The notes under the pieces: generated by a model | Database searches by the model: none | What the model saw: the letters and a program-made list of their open reading frames with translations, nothing else | Told to the model about the DNA's origin: nothing | Origin: an uncultured Bdellovibrionales bacterium | Lineage (GTDB): Bacteria > Bdellovibrionota_C > UBA2361 > SZUA-149 > DAOLCO01 | NCBI GenBank assembly: GCA_964353175.1 | Contig: CAYGUX010000007.1 | Span: forward strand, 12,088-76,087 | Length of the DNA: 64,000 nucleotides | Direction: 5' to 3' | Made by a program: the position numbers and the translations under genes | Shown here: positions 61,559 to 64,000 of the stretch, piece by piece | How positions within the stretch are numbered: the stretch's first letter is position 1 | Layout: every line of letters starts with the position of its first letter

Positions 61559-64000
61559 ATGAAACAAGAACTACAAACATCCTTCCAAAAATGGAATAAT
61601 GACTTAGCATCTCTAATGGAGCTTCTAAAAGAGGTACTAGCTGAATTAAAGATTAAAGATGCGACATCAGTTATATCTTTTTTTACACAGAAGAATAGTA
61701 GCCCTAAAATAATAGTAAATGAATCGACTATTCAAGTGCTTTCCATCTGCTTTCAGCTACTCAACATGGTTGAGGAAAATACGGCGAATCAATCAAGACG
61801 ATCTAAATCTAAGAATTCATCCAATCCCTGGGGAAAGACCTTTTCAGCACTAAAAGAAAATAATCAAACTCTAAAAAAGAGCTTGGAAAACATGCTTATC
61901 CGGCCTGTATTTACAGCCCATCCGACTGAAGCAAAAAGGCACACAGTACTAGAACATCATCGCAGTCTGTATCTGGAGTTATTGAAGCTTGAGAATCTTA
62001 TGTACTCAGATCCTGAAAGGCTCGCGATCAAAGAGTCTATCAAATCAATAATTGAAGTCCTACTAAGGACTGGTGACTTGTATATCGAACGTCCTAAAGT
62101 AGAAGATGAATTAAGAGGTATTATCTATTACCTCAGTAACCCTATACCTTCAGCCATTGAAAAACTATACCTAAGATATAGAATTGCATGGTCTGAAGCC
62201 TTCCCTAACCTTGATAGAAAAGGTGAAATGCCCCCTCTCCCTCCAATTTCATTTGGAACATGGGTTGGTGGGGATAGAGATGGTCATCCATTTGTAACCA
62301 GTGAGGTTACTGAAGTAACGCTATTTGAACTTAGAAGTGCAGCGATTTCCCTCTTAGACCAAAAGCTCTTAACGCTAATTAAGTTCATGAGCCTAAACGA
62401 CAGACTTCAAGTTGTCCCTAAGGCTTTTAATAAACGCTTAAGAGAGCTTGTAGAGTTAGCTAAACGAACTGGCCACCTTGTAAAAAATGCGGGTGAGCCT
62501 TGGCGGCAATATTTAGATATAGTTAGATCCAGAGTACTGGACTCAGAACAGGAATATATTTATAAAAACAAACAGGAGCTGCTAGATGATTTAGAGATCT
62601 TTAGAGTAAGTCTAGTAGAGATTGGTGCGAATAAGCTGTCTTCATTAAAAGTTGAACCTTTAATGGCAATAGTTAATACATTTGGATTTCACCTTGCAAC
62701 TTTAGACATCAGACAAAATAGCAGTTACCATGATCTCGCTATTGATCAACTTTTAATATCTAGTGGAAGCAAAGAACTTAGTTTTTCCAAAGCTAGCATC
62801 ATGGATAGAACCAGAATCCTAGAAGCAGAACTATCCAATCCGAGACCATTTGTTTCTAGGGGCGAATCAGTCGGCATAAATGGAGATGAAGTTAGAAACA
62901 CATTAAGAGTTGTCAAAAACCATTTAAATAAGTTTGGTTCAGAAGGGTTAGGTTCCTTAATCGTTAGCATGACTCGCGATGAAACAGACCTACTCTCTGT
63001 TTATCTATTGTGTAAAGAAGTAGGACTGCTTGACAAATATCACAATACTTATAGATGTCCATTACCCGTTGTGCCCTTGTTTGAAACTATCGAAGATTTA
63101 AAAGCAAGCACTAAAGTCATGGATATTTTCTTCCGTCACCCTATTTCTGCTTCATCTAAATCAAAGGACACTCCAGTACAAGAAATTATGATTGGGTATA
63201 GCGATAGTAGTAAGGATGGAGGCGTACTTTCTAGTGCTTGGAATCTATTTTGCACCCAAGAACAACTTGTAAATCAAAGCAAAAAATCGAAAGTTCCTCT
63301 ACTATTCTTTCACGGAAGAGGAGGAACAGTCTCAAGAGGGGCCGGCCCAACCGAACGCTTTCTTTCGGCTTTACCAGAGGGCGCACTTGGCCAAGGCTTA
63401 AAAATGACGGAGCAAGGTGAGACCATTTCTCAAAAGTATGCAAATATTCTTACTGCATCCTATAGTTTAGAGTCCCTTTATAAATCAGCACTAATCAACC
63501 AAAATACTGTACATAAAAAGAGCGCTACAGATGCTGATATACGAAAAGTTTTAGACAACTTAAGTGAAATCAGTAAAACCAAGTATCAAGAGCTACTTTC
63601 GGAAGAAGGCTTTATTCAATATTTTAGGAACGCCACCCCAATTGATGTGATAGAAAAAAGTAAATTTGGGTCTAGGCCCCCTAAAAGAGGAAAAGCAGAA
63701 ACCTTAGATGACCTTAGAGCCATTCCATGGGTCTTCTCATGGAATCAATCTAGATTCTTTTTAAGTAGTTGGTATGGTGTTGGAAGTGCACTAGAAGAAC
63801 TAAAGAATAAAGACACTAAGGGCTACAAGATTCTGTTAAAAGGAGTAACCTCCTTTCCCCCAGCCCAGTATATATTTACGAATATAGAATCTAGTATTTA
63901 TTCTGCTAATCTGGATCTAATGAAACAGTATTCCAGCCTAGTCAAAGATAAAAATATTAGGAAAACTTTTGAAAATAGAATAGTCGAAGAATTCACCTTG
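61559..64000 (+). CDS. ppc: Phosphoenolpyruvate carboxylase, 3'-truncated by the window edge
   Basis: Hand translation is open to the window end. Signature motifs VFTAHPTE, GYSDSSKDGG, FHGRGGTVSRGAGP and IPWVFSWNQSR are present. Confidence 0.93.
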   Translation, partial: MKQELQTSFQKWNNDLASLMELLKEVLAELKIKDATSVISFFTQKNSSPKIIVNESTIQVLSICFQLLNMVEENTANQSRRSKSKNSSNPWGKTFSALKENNQTLKKSLENMLIRPVFTAHPTEAKRHTVLEHHRSLYLELLKLENLMYSDPERLAIKESIKSIIEVLLRTGDLYIERPKVEDELRGIIYYLSNPIPSAIEKLYLRYRIAWSEAFPNLDRKGEMPPLPPISFGTWVGGDRDGHPFVTSEVTEVTLFELRSAAISLLDQKLLTLIKFMSLNDRLQVVPKAFNKRLRELVELAKRTGHLVKNAGEPWRQYLDIVRSRVLDSEQEYIYKNKQELLDDLEIFRVSLVEIGANKLSSLKVEPLMAIVNTFGFHLATLDIRQNSSYHDLAIDQLLISSGSKELSFSKASIMDRTRILEAELSNPRPFVSRGESVGINGDEVRNTLRVVKNHLNKFGSEGLGSLIVSMTRDETDLLSVYLLCKEVGLLDKYHNTYRCPLPVVPLFETIEDLKASTKVMDIFFRHPISASSKSKDTPVQEIMIGYSDSSKDGGVLSSAWNLFCTQEQLVNQSKKSKVPLLFFHGRGGTVSRGAGPTERFLSALPEGALGQGLKMTEQGETISQKYANILTASYSLESLYKSALINQNTVHKKSATDADIRKVLDNLSEISKTKYQELLSEEGFIQYFRNATPIDVIEKSKFGSRPPKRGKAETLDDLRAIPWVFSWNQSRFFLSSWYGVGSALEELKNKDTKGYKILLKGVTSFPPAQYIFTNIESSIYSANLDLMKQYSSLVKDKNIRKTFENRIVEEFTL

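Overview
This 64-kb window is a low-GC (about 35-38%) bacterial chromosomal segment, Gram-negative in type (kdsB, an LpoA/LppC-like lipoprotein and type IV pilins are present). Coding density is high, and the content is mostly housekeeping genes. These include a partial mraY, miaB, the grpE-dnaK-dnaJ heat-shock operon, mgtE, recO, pyrG, kdsB, a pcnB-like gene, serS, uvrC, ispH, tsf, rpsB, pdxH, trmB, a DEAD-box helicase, lipA, coaE, uvrB and a partial ppc. Alongside these are several accessory-looking loci. (1) An orphan flagellar/T3SS-type ATPase pair (FliH-like plus a FliI/YscN-family ATPase) sits directly upstream, on the same strand, of a tightly coupled type IV pilus minor-pilin operon (PilV-like, FimT/GspH-like, PilW-like and a giant 630-aa PilX_N-domain protein). 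No other flagellar or injectisome parts are visible in the window. (2) Two paralogous secreted proteins carry tandem DxDGDGxxDLxVxRPSxGxWY (FG-GAP/VCBS-like) beta-propeller repeats; one is fused to a subtilisin S8 protease. In addition, a ~90-aa C-terminal domain of unknown function (FVWKPxSExDGxLVVL...) is shared between the second FG-GAP protein and a separate G/S-rich protein. (3) A two-gene saccharopine-pathway lysine catabolism cassette (saccharopine dehydrogenase-like plus ALDH7-type aminoadipate-semialdehyde dehydrogenase). (4) Long perfect palindromes in divergent or 5' regions, a textbook bidirectional terminator, an ankyrin-repeat membrane protein, an acidic SCP2-domain protein and two large polytopic GT-C-like membrane proteins. 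I found no rRNA, tRNA, CRISPR, IS or prophage signatures. All calls rest on reading the supplied translations and the sequence by eye; no database searches were run.
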